DNA from: a virus
Taxonomy: Duplodnaviria > Caudoviricetes
Strand: one strand, 5' to 3'
Virus record (IMG/VR): IMGVR_UViG_3300037502_000299
Coordinates: 1-54,272 of that record
DNA: 54,272 nucleotides
Shown: positions 38,501 to 47,331 of the stretch, one piece after another
How the letters are laid out: each line of letters begins with the position of its first letter
Numbering within the stretch: the first letter of the stretch is position 1
Notes under the pieces: model-generated
Told to the model about the DNA's origin: nothing
Databases searched by the model: none
What the model saw: the letters and a program-made list of their open reading frames with translations, nothing else
Position numbers and translations under genes: made by a program

Positions 38501-41500
38501 AGATATTGTCAGACCTGTACGATAGTAAGAATAAAGAAAAAGCTCGTAGCTACCAACGCACTGCCCTGTTGTTTAGTGAAGTATTAGATAAGCTTAAGAA
38601 AAAAGGTTATGCCTTACCTAAAGTAGTATTTGGTCCAGTACCTAATGATCGTCCTGGTATGTTTAATCCAGAAACAAATACTATTACAATTAATGATACT
38701 TCAGAAGTAGAGTACGGTAGGGTATTAGTGCACGAAACATTACATTATTTATTAGACCATATAGTAGAAGAATATCAAAAAAATCCTAATAGTAACTTAC
38801 TATCCCCATCTCAAAAAGCATATCTAGGAGCCCTAGTAGAATCATACAACTATGCTATACCGAAATTAGGTGAGCAATTTAAAGGCATGGAGTTCAAAGA
38901 GTTCCTAGCTGAAGCAGTGGAAGGCATGCAGTTTTCAATAGAATTAGGTAAATTAAAACCTATGCCTGGTCGTGTATTACCATTCTTACGACAATTAGCT
39001 AGAGACATTGCAGGTATGTTAGGATTTAGACTTGAACATAACTTGCCTGCGGTAGATAAAGGTGCACCAGCTCAAGCCTATATATTAGAAGCAGTATTAA
39101 ACGATATTGAAAGTATTCTTACAGGTGAAGATTATGTGGCACCTAATCCATTATTTAGGTCTGGTGATGTATCATTTGCTAGAAAAATAGATTTATCTGA
39201 TGATGCCGAAGAAGCTAGTAAAGTAGAAAGAACATTTGATGAGTTAGTAGATAATGATAAGAGCACCATGTTAGAACGTGGAATTAAAACTTCCATACAA
39301 AAAACAGTTGAGCTTTTCTCCAGTGGTCAAAACTTTATAGATGAAATGGCTACTCTATTTTCTAATGAGCGGTTTGTATTAGAAAGAATACAAGAAAATA
39401 TGGATAGAGCAGGGTCTATAAGCTATGCTGATGATTCATTTAATAACTTTTATGATTATATATCTACAGCTTTTGGTAAAGCACAATGGTATTTAAAACA
39501 AAAAATAGAAAATCCTAGAAAGACTTATATTAGAACTTTAGCTAATTTTGCAAATGCTAAGGGAGTATCTAATTCTAAAGCAGCTACAATATTAAAATAC
39601 TATCAAATAGCGTTTCATGCACCTGAAAGACGTATGACAAAATGGTTAATGAACGTGCCATTAGAAAAATTAAATAAGGTTAAATTTAGAAGTTCTTTAT
39701 TTGGCACTGTAAATGACACTCCAGCAAACATTAGAGAAAGAATTTTTGATACGATATCTTCTGATGTTATAGCTAAACTAGACGAGCCTCAAAGAAAATA
39801 TATTGCTGATTCATTAAGAAATGATTTAATTAGATTGGTTAATTCTAAGGGTGCTATTACTGAAACAGGATATAGTCCAGCAGGTTATAAGAAAACAAAT
39901 ATGACAGAAGCAGACTATAACGTTATTGAAGATTTAAACTTTAATGATGAGCAAGCATGTAAGAGTAAGTATATGGCTGAGTCGACTGAAATGAAAACTT
40001 TGGTACAACAATTCTTTGCTTCTAAAAAACAATTACTAGATGCTACTATAGAATTAAATAGAATGTCAGGTTACTGGAGTACTGCTACAGACGCTATTGT
40101 TGAGTTTTATGGATGGAAAAACTACTCACCATTCAAGGTTAGACCTGGAGATAAAGCAGCATCTAAATTAAACATTGAAGGTACTGCATTAGGTAATACG
40201 GGTAAAGGTTTTACAGGCGGTAGATTTGAAGGTAGTAGTGCTGATGTAGAAAACCCAGTGCATCAAGTATTGGTTGAAGCTGCGCAATCTGCTGCTAGAG
40301 CTGGTGCTGATGGGTTAATGAGATCAATTATAAATGCGGTAAATCAAGGTTATCTAAAAGGTCATATGGTAGATGCCAAGGGAATGCCTCGTAAGAAAGC
40401 TGAAATAAATAAACCTACTTATACATTCCAAGAAAGATTTACAGGAAAAGTAGATGAAGCATTACTAAAAAGACCTGATATATTATATTCTTACAACAAA
40501 GATGGTTCTATGGATTTAGTTAGAATTACTGATCCAAAACAATTAGAAGCTATCCGTAGAACTTATGCTATTAATAATGAAGGAATAATAAATAGTGTAA
40601 CGCAATTTTTAAATAAAGGTACAAGCCTCATGGGTCAAGGGCACACTAGATTAAACCCTGGATTTGGTCCTTATAACTTTGTACGTGACCTTTTAACCAA
40701 TGCTGGTATTGTATCAATGAAAGAAAACCCAGTGTTAGGGGCTAGAATTATTTCATCAGTTGCAACAGAATTAATAGCTAAAAGAGGTTTAGCTAAATCA
40801 GCTAGATTCTCATTCTTATTTCACAATAATAAAATAGATGATATTAAAAAATTGGCGGATAAAGACCAATTCTATCAATCTTTAATTGAGTATGGTGAAA
40901 ACGGTGGTAACGTTTCTGTGGTGCAAGGATTAAGTGCAGCTAGTGCTATGGAACAATTATCTAAACAATTAGATAAAAGTCTGACTTTAAAAAATAGAGA
41001 TGATGTACTTAAATATTTTGATATGTATAACTCAATGTTTGAGTTTGGTGCTCGTGTAGCAGTATATAGAGTTATGAAACGACATTTCCAAAATCAAATG
41101 GCTAAAGAATTAAATGTACCACCTAGTCAAGTAGAAAAAGCTGCAATTCAAAAAGCCGTTGCATATACAAAAAATCTAGCAAACTTTGAAGAACGTGGAT
41201 TAGCTACTAAACAATTAGGTACTTACTTTATGTTCTTTGGAGCTAGTGCTGTTGGTGCTAGACAAGCTTTAAAAGCTTTAAGTCCTGCATGGAGAAAATA
41301 TGAAGCAGTAGCTAATACCTTACCTGAAGTAGATCAAAAAGATCCAGTTAAAATGGCTAAATTTAAAAAACGTTTTATGTACCAAAAACATATGAGTAGA
41401 TTAGTAGCAGCTGCTATGATAGGTATGGGTTATAGTATATGGCATTTAATGCACATGATGGCAGGGGATGACGATGACTTAGATCAAGAAGGTAGAAATA

Positions 41501-42540
41501 AAATAGCTACAGATGACTCCCGTAGGTGGACTAGAAATGCTAGAATTTATTTAGGTTATGATACTAATACTCATAAAGATATAATGGGTAATATACCATG
41601 GGGTTTTGGTCCTAATGCATTTATGGCTTTTGGAGCACAAGTAGCAGCATATACTTCAGGTGAAGGAGTACAATTAAAAGACTTTGCTGTTAATACTCTT
41701 CATATTGCAATGGACTCTTATCTTCCTATTCCTACAACAGGTATTGATCCAGTAGAAAATACTACAGCGTTTCTTGTTGATTTAATAACACCAAGCGTAG
41801 GCAAGCCATTTATTGAATTTGCTATGAATAAAAACTCATTAGATATGCAAATTTATAGGAGTAATTATAGTAGGTATTCATCCGCTTATGCTGGTAGTGA
41901 TGTTGTGCCTAAATATTTTAAAGACGCATCTGAAACATTATTTGATGCTACCAATGGTAAAGTAGTATTATCGCCAGATCAAATGTATTTCTATGCTAAT
42001 AATTTTGCTGATGGATTAACTAAAATAGCAGAGAGTTTATATGGCGGAATAGCTGTGTTAAAAGGTGAGAAGTATTTTGATCCTGAAAAAGACCTATTTG
42101 TTTTAGATAGTTTCTTGTCTACTACTTCTAATCTTGATGCTAGACGATTCGATGTTTTAAGGAACAATATAGAACGTAAATCTAAAGTATTAGAAGATAT
42201 GAAGCTACGTAATCCAAATCAAGCATACACATTTGCTACAGTAACTAACCCTCATTTAGATGTAAAAATAAAAGTTTTAAACTACTTTGATAATAAAGCA
42301 TTAAAGCCATTAGATACGGCGGCTAATCAAATTAGAAATAATCCTTTGCTTACATCTAAAGAAAAAACTGATCTTTTATATAGAAACAAACTAGAAAAGA
42401 ATCATGTAAAAAAAGGTGTATATGACACTATAAAATCACTAGATGATTTAGGTGAAGATAGAATTAATGTTTTATTAGAAATGATTGATCAGGATGAAGC
42501 AGCGATGGACTTACGCAACGCGCCAGACTCTAACCCCTAG
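35503..42540 (+). CDS. Giant polyvalent/ejection protein with zincin metallopeptidase motif
   Basis: 2345 aa; G.FNP..TITI..LVHETLH..EFLAE zincin signature; C-terminal region with FFGASAVG and IPWGFG resembling LPD38-type domains. Confidence 0.7.
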   Translation: MALIDELRAKYPDRYRTMTDKEVADQLYNAHYATEMPKITFYKQLGVDVPESSYAEIIARDIPLAGAQGTVGLYEAAKGLTGYIPFTKGKIPKAIESAEKSVLGGTSSDLQQYLESLKSEGQQMVSQGAAEIQPTGNIIQDTIAQLQYAGQNPQQIPQIIAQSLPSTYGGALVGRGITKTAGRFGKDVSPITAAASGEGTIAAGAGLESIRQQTEDREVTGGQQAIAAFSGYMTNRLGRLGAKAAKYLDAGDIDVIWTQGTTGVTSAANQKAQSKLLAGLKSALSESVFEELPQSAQEQISQNVALGRPWDEGVAEQMAGGIIGGAGAGFGFGAYNQYKINKAIEDMPPPGDITAEPPGTDIEVPKTDTKKNAQTRKELLDSIEDEETRKSLEELLGKKGQPSGTQQTTAGTSDAISGRSTDGTAGGVKKPVGGGVAGAATDELTDKTGEARSDVALENITTNDVGKPFPTIGQAHKFRRDNKLQDLYSVKELDDGTIALVPKIPVTEQQPPVTKTKKPAVTKEPEVAAEETEEDIADEEIGWEKFEETKPDGTMTTGYRRKQTTAKTPKSTEVLKTAAELTEADKADLDQEESDEDAASQARINEANENGFDDLPDYVKTGSKLAAKSPVVQANESNPNADTTVKKQEARRLAVKHAAFDQAMDEFDTVSIEDFDARLKELSDEKKAETGKEYSINKPLEFIKGLTQAQRFSNYYKEFNKFLGTKQLKPRRIKQATTREDFLKTLSKEERKLFNRAYSSYITTQVKTMKSGVGSVDETESNVDALYRKLQAEIELVKKKKGSQAKVDKYKAQYLAERQKLQKVSQSRQVVEKDTSALFDRVANLEQAIKDGENEIKSIKAAKKIKDKAVQIKGVQTQINKDRAELKRAKAELDIAQKTTTVLGAPGRYTNIADEDTRAAEIVAKENKKNEIKETGTPEEVAEVLDEETEEEAKKIIASDKEKAQAKAEEKAKKQPKITVVGKLNMIVSKSITQGKNAIEILSDLYDSKNKEKARSYQRTALLFSEVLDKLKKKGYALPKVVFGPVPNDRPGMFNPETNTITINDTSEVEYGRVLVHETLHYLLDHIVEEYQKNPNSNLLSPSQKAYLGALVESYNYAIPKLGEQFKGMEFKEFLAEAVEGMQFSIELGKLKPMPGRVLPFLRQLARDIAGMLGFRLEHNLPAVDKGAPAQAYILEAVLNDIESILTGEDYVAPNPLFRSGDVSFARKIDLSDDAEEASKVERTFDELVDNDKSTMLERGIKTSIQKTVELFSSGQNFIDEMATLFSNERFVLERIQENMDRAGSISYADDSFNNFYDYISTAFGKAQWYLKQKIENPRKTYIRTLANFANAKGVSNSKAATILKYYQIAFHAPERRMTKWLMNVPLEKLNKVKFRSSLFGTVNDTPANIRERIFDTISSDVIAKLDEPQRKYIADSLRNDLIRLVNSKGAITETGYSPAGYKKTNMTEADYNVIEDLNFNDEQACKSKYMAESTEMKTLVQQFFASKKQLLDATIELNRMSGYWSTATDAIVEFYGWKNYSPFKVRPGDKAASKLNIEGTALGNTGKGFTGGRFEGSSADVENPVHQVLVEAAQSAARAGADGLMRSIINAVNQGYLKGHMVDAKGMPRKKAEINKPTYTFQERFTGKVDEALLKRPDILYSYNKDGSMDLVRITDPKQLEAIRRTYAINNEGIINSVTQFLNKGTSLMGQGHTRLNPGFGPYNFVRDLLTNAGIVSMKENPVLGARIISSVATELIAKRGLAKSARFSFLFHNNKIDDIKKLADKDQFYQSLIEYGENGGNVSVVQGLSAASAMEQLSKQLDKSLTLKNRDDVLKYFDMYNSMFEFGARVAVYRVMKRHFQNQMAKELNVPPSQVEKAAIQKAVAYTKNLANFEERGLATKQLGTYFMFFGASAVGARQALKALSPAWRKYEAVANTLPEVDQKDPVKMAKFKKRFMYQKHMSRLVAAAMIGMGYSIWHLMHMMAGDDDDLDQEGRNKIATDDSRRWTRNARIYLGYDTNTHKDIMGNIPWGFGPNAFMAFGAQVAAYTSGEGVQLKDFAVNTLHIAMDSYLPIPTTGIDPVENTTAFLVDLITPSVGKPFIEFAMNKNSLDMQIYRSNYSRYSSAYAGSDVVPKYFKDASETLFDATNGKVVLSPDQMYFYANNFADGLTKIAESLYGGIAVLKGEKYFDPEKDLFVLDSFLSTTSNLDARRFDVLRNNIERKSKVLEDMKLRNPNQAYTFATVTNPHLDVKIKVLNYFDNKALKPLDTAANQIRNNPLLTSKEKTDLLYRNKLEKNHVKKGVYDTIKSLDDLGEDRINVLLEMIDQDEAAMDLRNAPDSNP

Positions 42541-42711
42541 ATGTTTGTCTTTGCTGGTTATAAAAACTTTTACTTGTACTTTAGCCCTTTTAGCACCACA
42601 CTCAACGGCATAAACCATTTCTGCAGTATTTAAAGTAGGTATAAAAAAACTATCCCCAACGTCCATATGTTCGAAGGGGAATAGCCACGTAGGTTCACTA
42701 TGCTGATCCAG
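42511..42711 (-). CDS. Small conserved-type phage protein (FPF..MDVGDSFF..GVRVWR); not in ORF track; probable CTG start
   Basis: Open frame (L)DQHSEPTWLFPFEHMDVGDSFFIPT..HLGVRVWRVA*; AAGGAG lies upstream of CTG 42711; alternative ATG at 42666. Confidence 0.7.
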   Translation of the reverse strand: MDQHSEPTWLFPFEHMDVGDSFFIPTLNTAEMVYAVECGAKRAKVQVKVFITSKDKHLGVRVWRVA

Positions 42712-45622
42712 AAATCTCTCCTTTTACTTTATCTAATATATCTTTCTTTTGAAATGCGTAGCACATTAGATTATATTCAGAACTACTTGCATCTTTCCAA
42801 CCTGTCAGCATGCGTTTTTTTTCTTCCCAGAATTTAATATCTGAATTAGCAATACGTTTTTTAAAGTCGCTCTTATTAATATCCAATTCAGCAATTAGAT
42901 AGTTATTAAATATACTTCTTGGTATATAGATAGTGCCTGTATCGTCTTCTGCTCTGATAACTAATGGTGTTCTAGGTTCATCTGCAACCTTACCATCTCT
43001 CATAACTAAAGTGCCAGAGTGGTTCTTAATTAAAAACTCTGTAAGAATATTCTCATAGTCGATAGTATTAAACTGGATAACATTGTTCTTGATGTTTAGC
43101 ATCTCTGTAACCAACCTAGTATATAATTTTTCTACATTACAATTATCTAATATGCCATATTCAAGAGCTAGTTCACCACAACCTAAAGGTAAGGCAATCA
43201 AGTTATGATAGTATCTATCACCTGGGTCAGTACCATAATCTGCTACAAATCTGTCTACCCATTTCTGAAAACGTGGTCCTAGCTTATGGTCGTCCTCCAT
43301 ACTGTATAGCCTAATTACTTCACCTTTGTTTTCTATATCAAATAAAGCTTGTATAAATTTAGGGCCAGAGTGACCATAGTTTAATTTAAATGTTTCAAAC
43401 ACTCGTTTACCATAGTTTAAATCTGTTTGTAGTATCTTAGGTTGACCTAACATAAATTCTATAATACGAGCAACCTCACCGTTAGGGTCATGTTTCAATG
43501 CGGATAACTTATCGTATATAGATTTATTAGATGTAAACAAAGCAATCATACTAGCTGAAGCTTCAAAATCTCGTTCTGCATTAACGGATGCTTGCATTCT
43601 AATTTTAGGTTTACCAGTAGAAATCATATGAGATAATTCTGATATATCTTCAGGGTCTAAGTTAGTTACCTCATCGTGTGCATACGTCATATTATGTAGG
43701 GTGCTAATTCTTCCTTTTAAGGCATTGAATGTACCGCCTTTTTTAGCATGAACATATAATACTTTAGGGTTACCCCATATACTTACAGCTGAAAATAATG
43801 CTCCTGTTTTAGCCGCACCTGTATCACCTGTTAAACAAACAATAGCACCATCTGTATTAGTGTAAGCCATAAGAGGAGATGCAAAACCACATAACATAGC
43901 ATATTGATGTAGTTCCATACCAGGCGCATCTAGTTGATTAGCAGCTTTCTTCCAATCTTCAAACGTACCTTTTGGTGTCATATGCCTACCAATCTTATCT
44001 GTAATGGCGGAGAAAGGTATTTTAGTTTCACTACCATCTCTTTTATATTCTCTATCACCTATAACAAAAGATGTTCTATCATCATCAGTCCAACCTAATT
44101 GATTTCTAATAATGTCTGCCTCCATCTCATTAGACATGACAGTACCCCATTTAATTATATAATCCATAACTGTTACTACCTCGTGCTTTCTTAAATAAAT
44201 ACCATTATTGGCTAAATGTGATGCTGTTTTAATTGGTTCATAAGCTAACCTAATTGGGAATAAAAACTCTACTGGTTTATCTTTAGGAAATGTGCATCTT
44301 ATTAATAGGCAATCACCATCTGCTGGATTTTTAAGTCTTTGTCTTGGTTTAAAATTATAGCTTGATACTTCAGTTGGTTCTTGTTCTATGTATTGTTGTG
44401 TTTCTTCATTCCATACAGGAAGTTCTTTTTTATAAATGCCACCATTAGCCCCGTGAATATATGGAAACATATTAGGTGGTAAGAAAAAAACTTCTTCAGT
44501 AGCTAGTGCAGTAGTAGAATTTTGAGTTATTACTTCACCTATTTTTTCTTCTACAGGTACAGGTGTCATTTTAAATACTTTACCTAGTTTAAGGGGGTTA
44601 GTAATCCTACCTCTATGTGGGCAACCATTACAACCACCTGGATTAGCATTGTCAAAAGAATTACAGGAATGGACGCCATCAAACGAAGCCGCCTTTAATA
44701 TCGTAGCTTCACGGTTATAGTTTTTAGCCCCTTCTGATAAGGTATGTATTGCAGTTTCAGCATCTACGCAACGACTAGCTACGGTTAGTCCAGCAGTCCA
44801 TAGTTCATAACTAACGTCATCAGGATGCTCCATCATGTGTTTAATCTGATTACATCCAGTGCCTGCAATACTTTCTTTTAGTATCTTATCGAAGCTAGCT
44901 TCCCAGTTATCTAGTCCATGCATTCTTCTTTCTTCTTCAGTTAATCCTTTGAATGCAGACTTTAATATATCTTCAGTAGATTGTGTTTCTTCGCCTAGAA
45001 ATTGTTTAAACTCTTCAAAGACGTAGACAGGTAATTCATCGCTAATTACTTTTGTTGGTGATGGGGGATTAGTTTTATAGTTAAGGCAGTTAGGTGCGCG
45101 AGTTACACGACCTTTATCAGCTGTTACTGATGGGTCTATTTTAAAGCCTTTATCTAGGCATAGCTTTTTAAATTTCTCAGCATATGTTTTCCATTCTTCA
45201 ATAGGAATATCAGCATCAAATGCCCACCACGCCCATATACCTCGGCCAGAGTCTAGTCTAATAGGTGGGGGTAAATTAACATCTTCAATAAATTTATCTA
45301 TTGCATTGTTAGCTTCTTCTTTAGATAGATACTTTTTATTATTTTTTTCCTCATCAGGTACATTATCTTGAGGGTCTACGTCTAAATCAACAAATAAAGA
45401 CCTAGAATATAAAGCATTATCTTTTCTTGAATAACCTTTTTGAGAACTATGTGTGACATATATATTGTCTCCATCTTGTTTTAATTCATTTATTTTAGGT
45501 TCTATTTCATCTATTGATTCTACATAATAATTAGTTGTTTTGCCTGTAAGAGATATAGTTGCTATACAATACACCCCTTGAGATGGCAATACTTTCTTAT
45601 AAAATTCCGTTGTGCCTATCAT
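42698..45622 (-). CDS. Primase-helicase (AEP/RepB-like N-terminus, Cys cluster, DUF927-type helicase); start moved to ATG 45622
   Basis: FVDLDVD and DSGRG motifs; C..F..CNGCPH cluster; QLGW..FVIGD; Walker A-like GDTGAAKT and HDEVT. Confidence 0.8.
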   Translation of the reverse strand: MIGTTEFYKKVLPSQGVYCIATISLTGKTTNYYVESIDEIEPKINELKQDGDNIYVTHSSQKGYSRKDNALYSRSLFVDLDVDPQDNVPDEEKNNKKYLSKEEANNAIDKFIEDVNLPPPIRLDSGRGIWAWWAFDADIPIEEWKTYAEKFKKLCLDKGFKIDPSVTADKGRVTRAPNCLNYKTNPPSPTKVISDELPVYVFEEFKQFLGEETQSTEDILKSAFKGLTEEERRMHGLDNWEASFDKILKESIAGTGCNQIKHMMEHPDDVSYELWTAGLTVASRCVDAETAIHTLSEGAKNYNREATILKAASFDGVHSCNSFDNANPGGCNGCPHRGRITNPLKLGKVFKMTPVPVEEKIGEVITQNSTTALATEEVFFLPPNMFPYIHGANGGIYKKELPVWNEETQQYIEQEPTEVSSYNFKPRQRLKNPADGDCLLIRCTFPKDKPVEFLFPIRLAYEPIKTASHLANNGIYLRKHEVVTVMDYIIKWGTVMSNEMEADIIRNQLGWTDDDRTSFVIGDREYKRDGSETKIPFSAITDKIGRHMTPKGTFEDWKKAANQLDAPGMELHQYAMLCGFASPLMAYTNTDGAIVCLTGDTGAAKTGALFSAVSIWGNPKVLYVHAKKGGTFNALKGRISTLHNMTYAHDEVTNLDPEDISELSHMISTGKPKIRMQASVNAERDFEASASMIALFTSNKSIYDKLSALKHDPNGEVARIIEFMLGQPKILQTDLNYGKRVFETFKLNYGHSGPKFIQALFDIENKGEVIRLYSMEDDHKLGPRFQKWVDRFVADYGTDPGDRYYHNLIALPLGCGELALEYGILDNCNVEKLYTRLVTEMLNIKNNVIQFNTIDYENILTEFLIKNHSGTLVMRDGKVADEPRTPLVIRAEDDTGTIYIPRSIFNNYLIAELDINKSDFKKRIANSDIKFWEEKKRMLTGWKDASSSEYNLMCYAFQKKDILDKVKGEISGSA

Positions 45623-45715
45623 GTTTATTCTTTCTATTTTTAGAGACAACACTGCCCCACCACACCAAACGTGTGTTTTTAAAATAACTACCGAGAAATT
45701 CTATTTTACTACTTT

Positions 45716-46027
45716 TTAAATCTTATTGCTTACGTTATACTCTAAATATTTTTTAGCATCGAGAAGAGTACTTACAGGTAAATCCCCCTCATGTAGCCCT
45801 TCTCTAACCAATACCATAAAGTTTTCAATACGCGTACAATTTTTATCTCTAATAGCCTTGCCTCTAAACCAACTATGAATAGTCATTCTTGATACCCCAA
45901 AAACTTCTGCCACATATTGCGCAGGTAGGTTAGCTTTGACACATAGTTTTGCCAATCTTACACCCAATCTTTTTGAGTCAAGATCAGATAGAGCCATTAA
46001 ATATCCTTTACTATATGGTCTTGCCAT
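45716..46027 (-). CDS. Cro/XRE-like HTH DNA-binding protein
   Basis: AQYVAEVFGVSRMTIHSWFRG helix-turn-helix. Confidence 0.75.
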   Translation of the reverse strand: MARPYSKGYLMALSDLDSKRLGVRLAKLCVKANLPAQYVAEVFGVSRMTIHSWFRGKAIRDKNCTRIENFMVLVREGLHEGDLPVSTLLDAKKYLEYNVSNKI

Positions 46028-46036
46028 TTATTTCCC

Positions 46037-46909
46037 CTATGTTTTAACTGACCATTTTTTCATTACATCATTAGCATTGTTTACTACTTGTGGTTTAGCT
46101 TCTTCAGTACTTCTTAATACTGGCTCGTCCACTACATCTGCTACTGGCGTACTTGCAACTTGTGTTGTAACAACTTCTTCACTTGTTGAGTCAGTTTGAT
46201 ATACGGTTAATTTAACAGCACCCTCTGCGGCGGCAGATTTACTTTGTCTTTGTAACACTTCTAAGTCATTAGCATTAACAGCAGCTGCTGGACTAAATAA
46301 AACTTTAGGTGTAGAAGCTTTAGCATCAAATTGCATGCGAGTTACTACACGACCAGCACTAACATTATTGTTAGCTAATAATTGAACATAAGGTCTGAAT
46401 GGATACTTACCGCCTTCTTCCTTACCGAAACATGATGTAGCAGGTAAAACTAATTGCATAACATCGCCAGCAGGGTCGTTAGGTAATACAACAGCCATTC
46501 TCCATGATAGACGACATGCAGTCCCTGTGCCATTAGCCCCTGAATTTTTAGCACTAAATTGACAAGTATCGCATGTTTTAGATTGTGGTGTTTTTACATC
46601 AATATCAGGTACACGAGAATCACTAGACCAACATGTAGGACTAATCTTCTCACCTTCCTTATATGATTGTGCGTAGAATGTTCTTGATGCAGTATGTGCC
46701 ATCTTAACAATTACAACGTCCATGTAATTATTTTCTGAAACACTTACTTCTTTACCACCAACTACTTTTCTAAATGCTTTACCACGAATTGAAATACGTT
46801 TGTTACCTTGATTTATGGCACCACCAGCAACGGCTAAGGTATCTTCATCTAGCCCTGTTTGGATTAATGCACCACTATTTTGTAATATTACTGATAATTC
46901 ATTACTCAT
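46037..46909 (-). CDS. Putative ssDNA-binding/replication accessory protein; start at ATG 46909
   Basis: RISIRG..F, PTCWS.D, C..C..AC cysteines and low-complexity tail; located in replication module; GGAG RBS. Confidence 0.5.
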   Translation of the reverse strand: MSNELSVILQNSGALIQTGLDEDTLAVAGGAINQGNKRISIRGKAFRKVVGGKEVSVSENNYMDVVIVKMAHTASRTFYAQSYKEGEKISPTCWSSDSRVPDIDVKTPQSKTCDTCQFSAKNSGANGTGTACRLSWRMAVVLPNDPAGDVMQLVLPATSCFGKEEGGKYPFRPYVQLLANNNVSAGRVVTRMQFDAKASTPKVLFSPAAAVNANDLEVLQRQSKSAAAEGAVKLTVYQTDSTSEEVVTTQVASTPVADVVDEPVLRSTEEAKPQVVNNANDVMKKWSVKT

Positions 46910-46920
46910 TATATTCTCCA

Positions 46921-47331
46921 CTAAATTGACTTGCTTGTTGGTTTGCGTACAGTTATTTTAAATTCTCGCATAGTGCTGATACCGGGAGGAAGACCATCCT
47001 CTGAACGAGAACTCATAAACTCTTTAAAATTATTCTGACTTATACGTTGTTGCAAGAGGTCTAGTGCGTTGTTTTCCACAACGAATTGCTTAAAGTTGTC
47101 CCAATCGCTACAAACAAAATCTTCTTTTAAAGACTTAATGATAGTCCCACTCCCTGTACGAATGCTATCAGCATTTATTTCATTGCAGGCTAACATCATA
47201 GCCCGTTCCAATTCTTCTAAGTCTGCTTTTAATTCAGCATCCTTTAATTCAAATTGGTTCTTAAGTGTATTCCTCTCTGTTCTAATTGTCAAGTATGTTG
47301 TTACTAAATCATCTAATTTCATATCACTCAT
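46921..47331 (-). CDS. Conserved-type replication-module protein
   Basis: Coiled coil, SIRT..GT, DW..F..FV..LLQQRI..PPGI pattern. Confidence 0.6.
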   Translation of the reverse strand: MSDMKLDDLVTTYLTIRTERNTLKNQFELKDAELKADLEELERAMMLACNEINADSIRTGSGTIIKSLKEDFVCSDWDNFKQFVVENNALDLLQQRISQNNFKEFMSSRSEDGLPPGISTMREFKITVRKPTSKSI

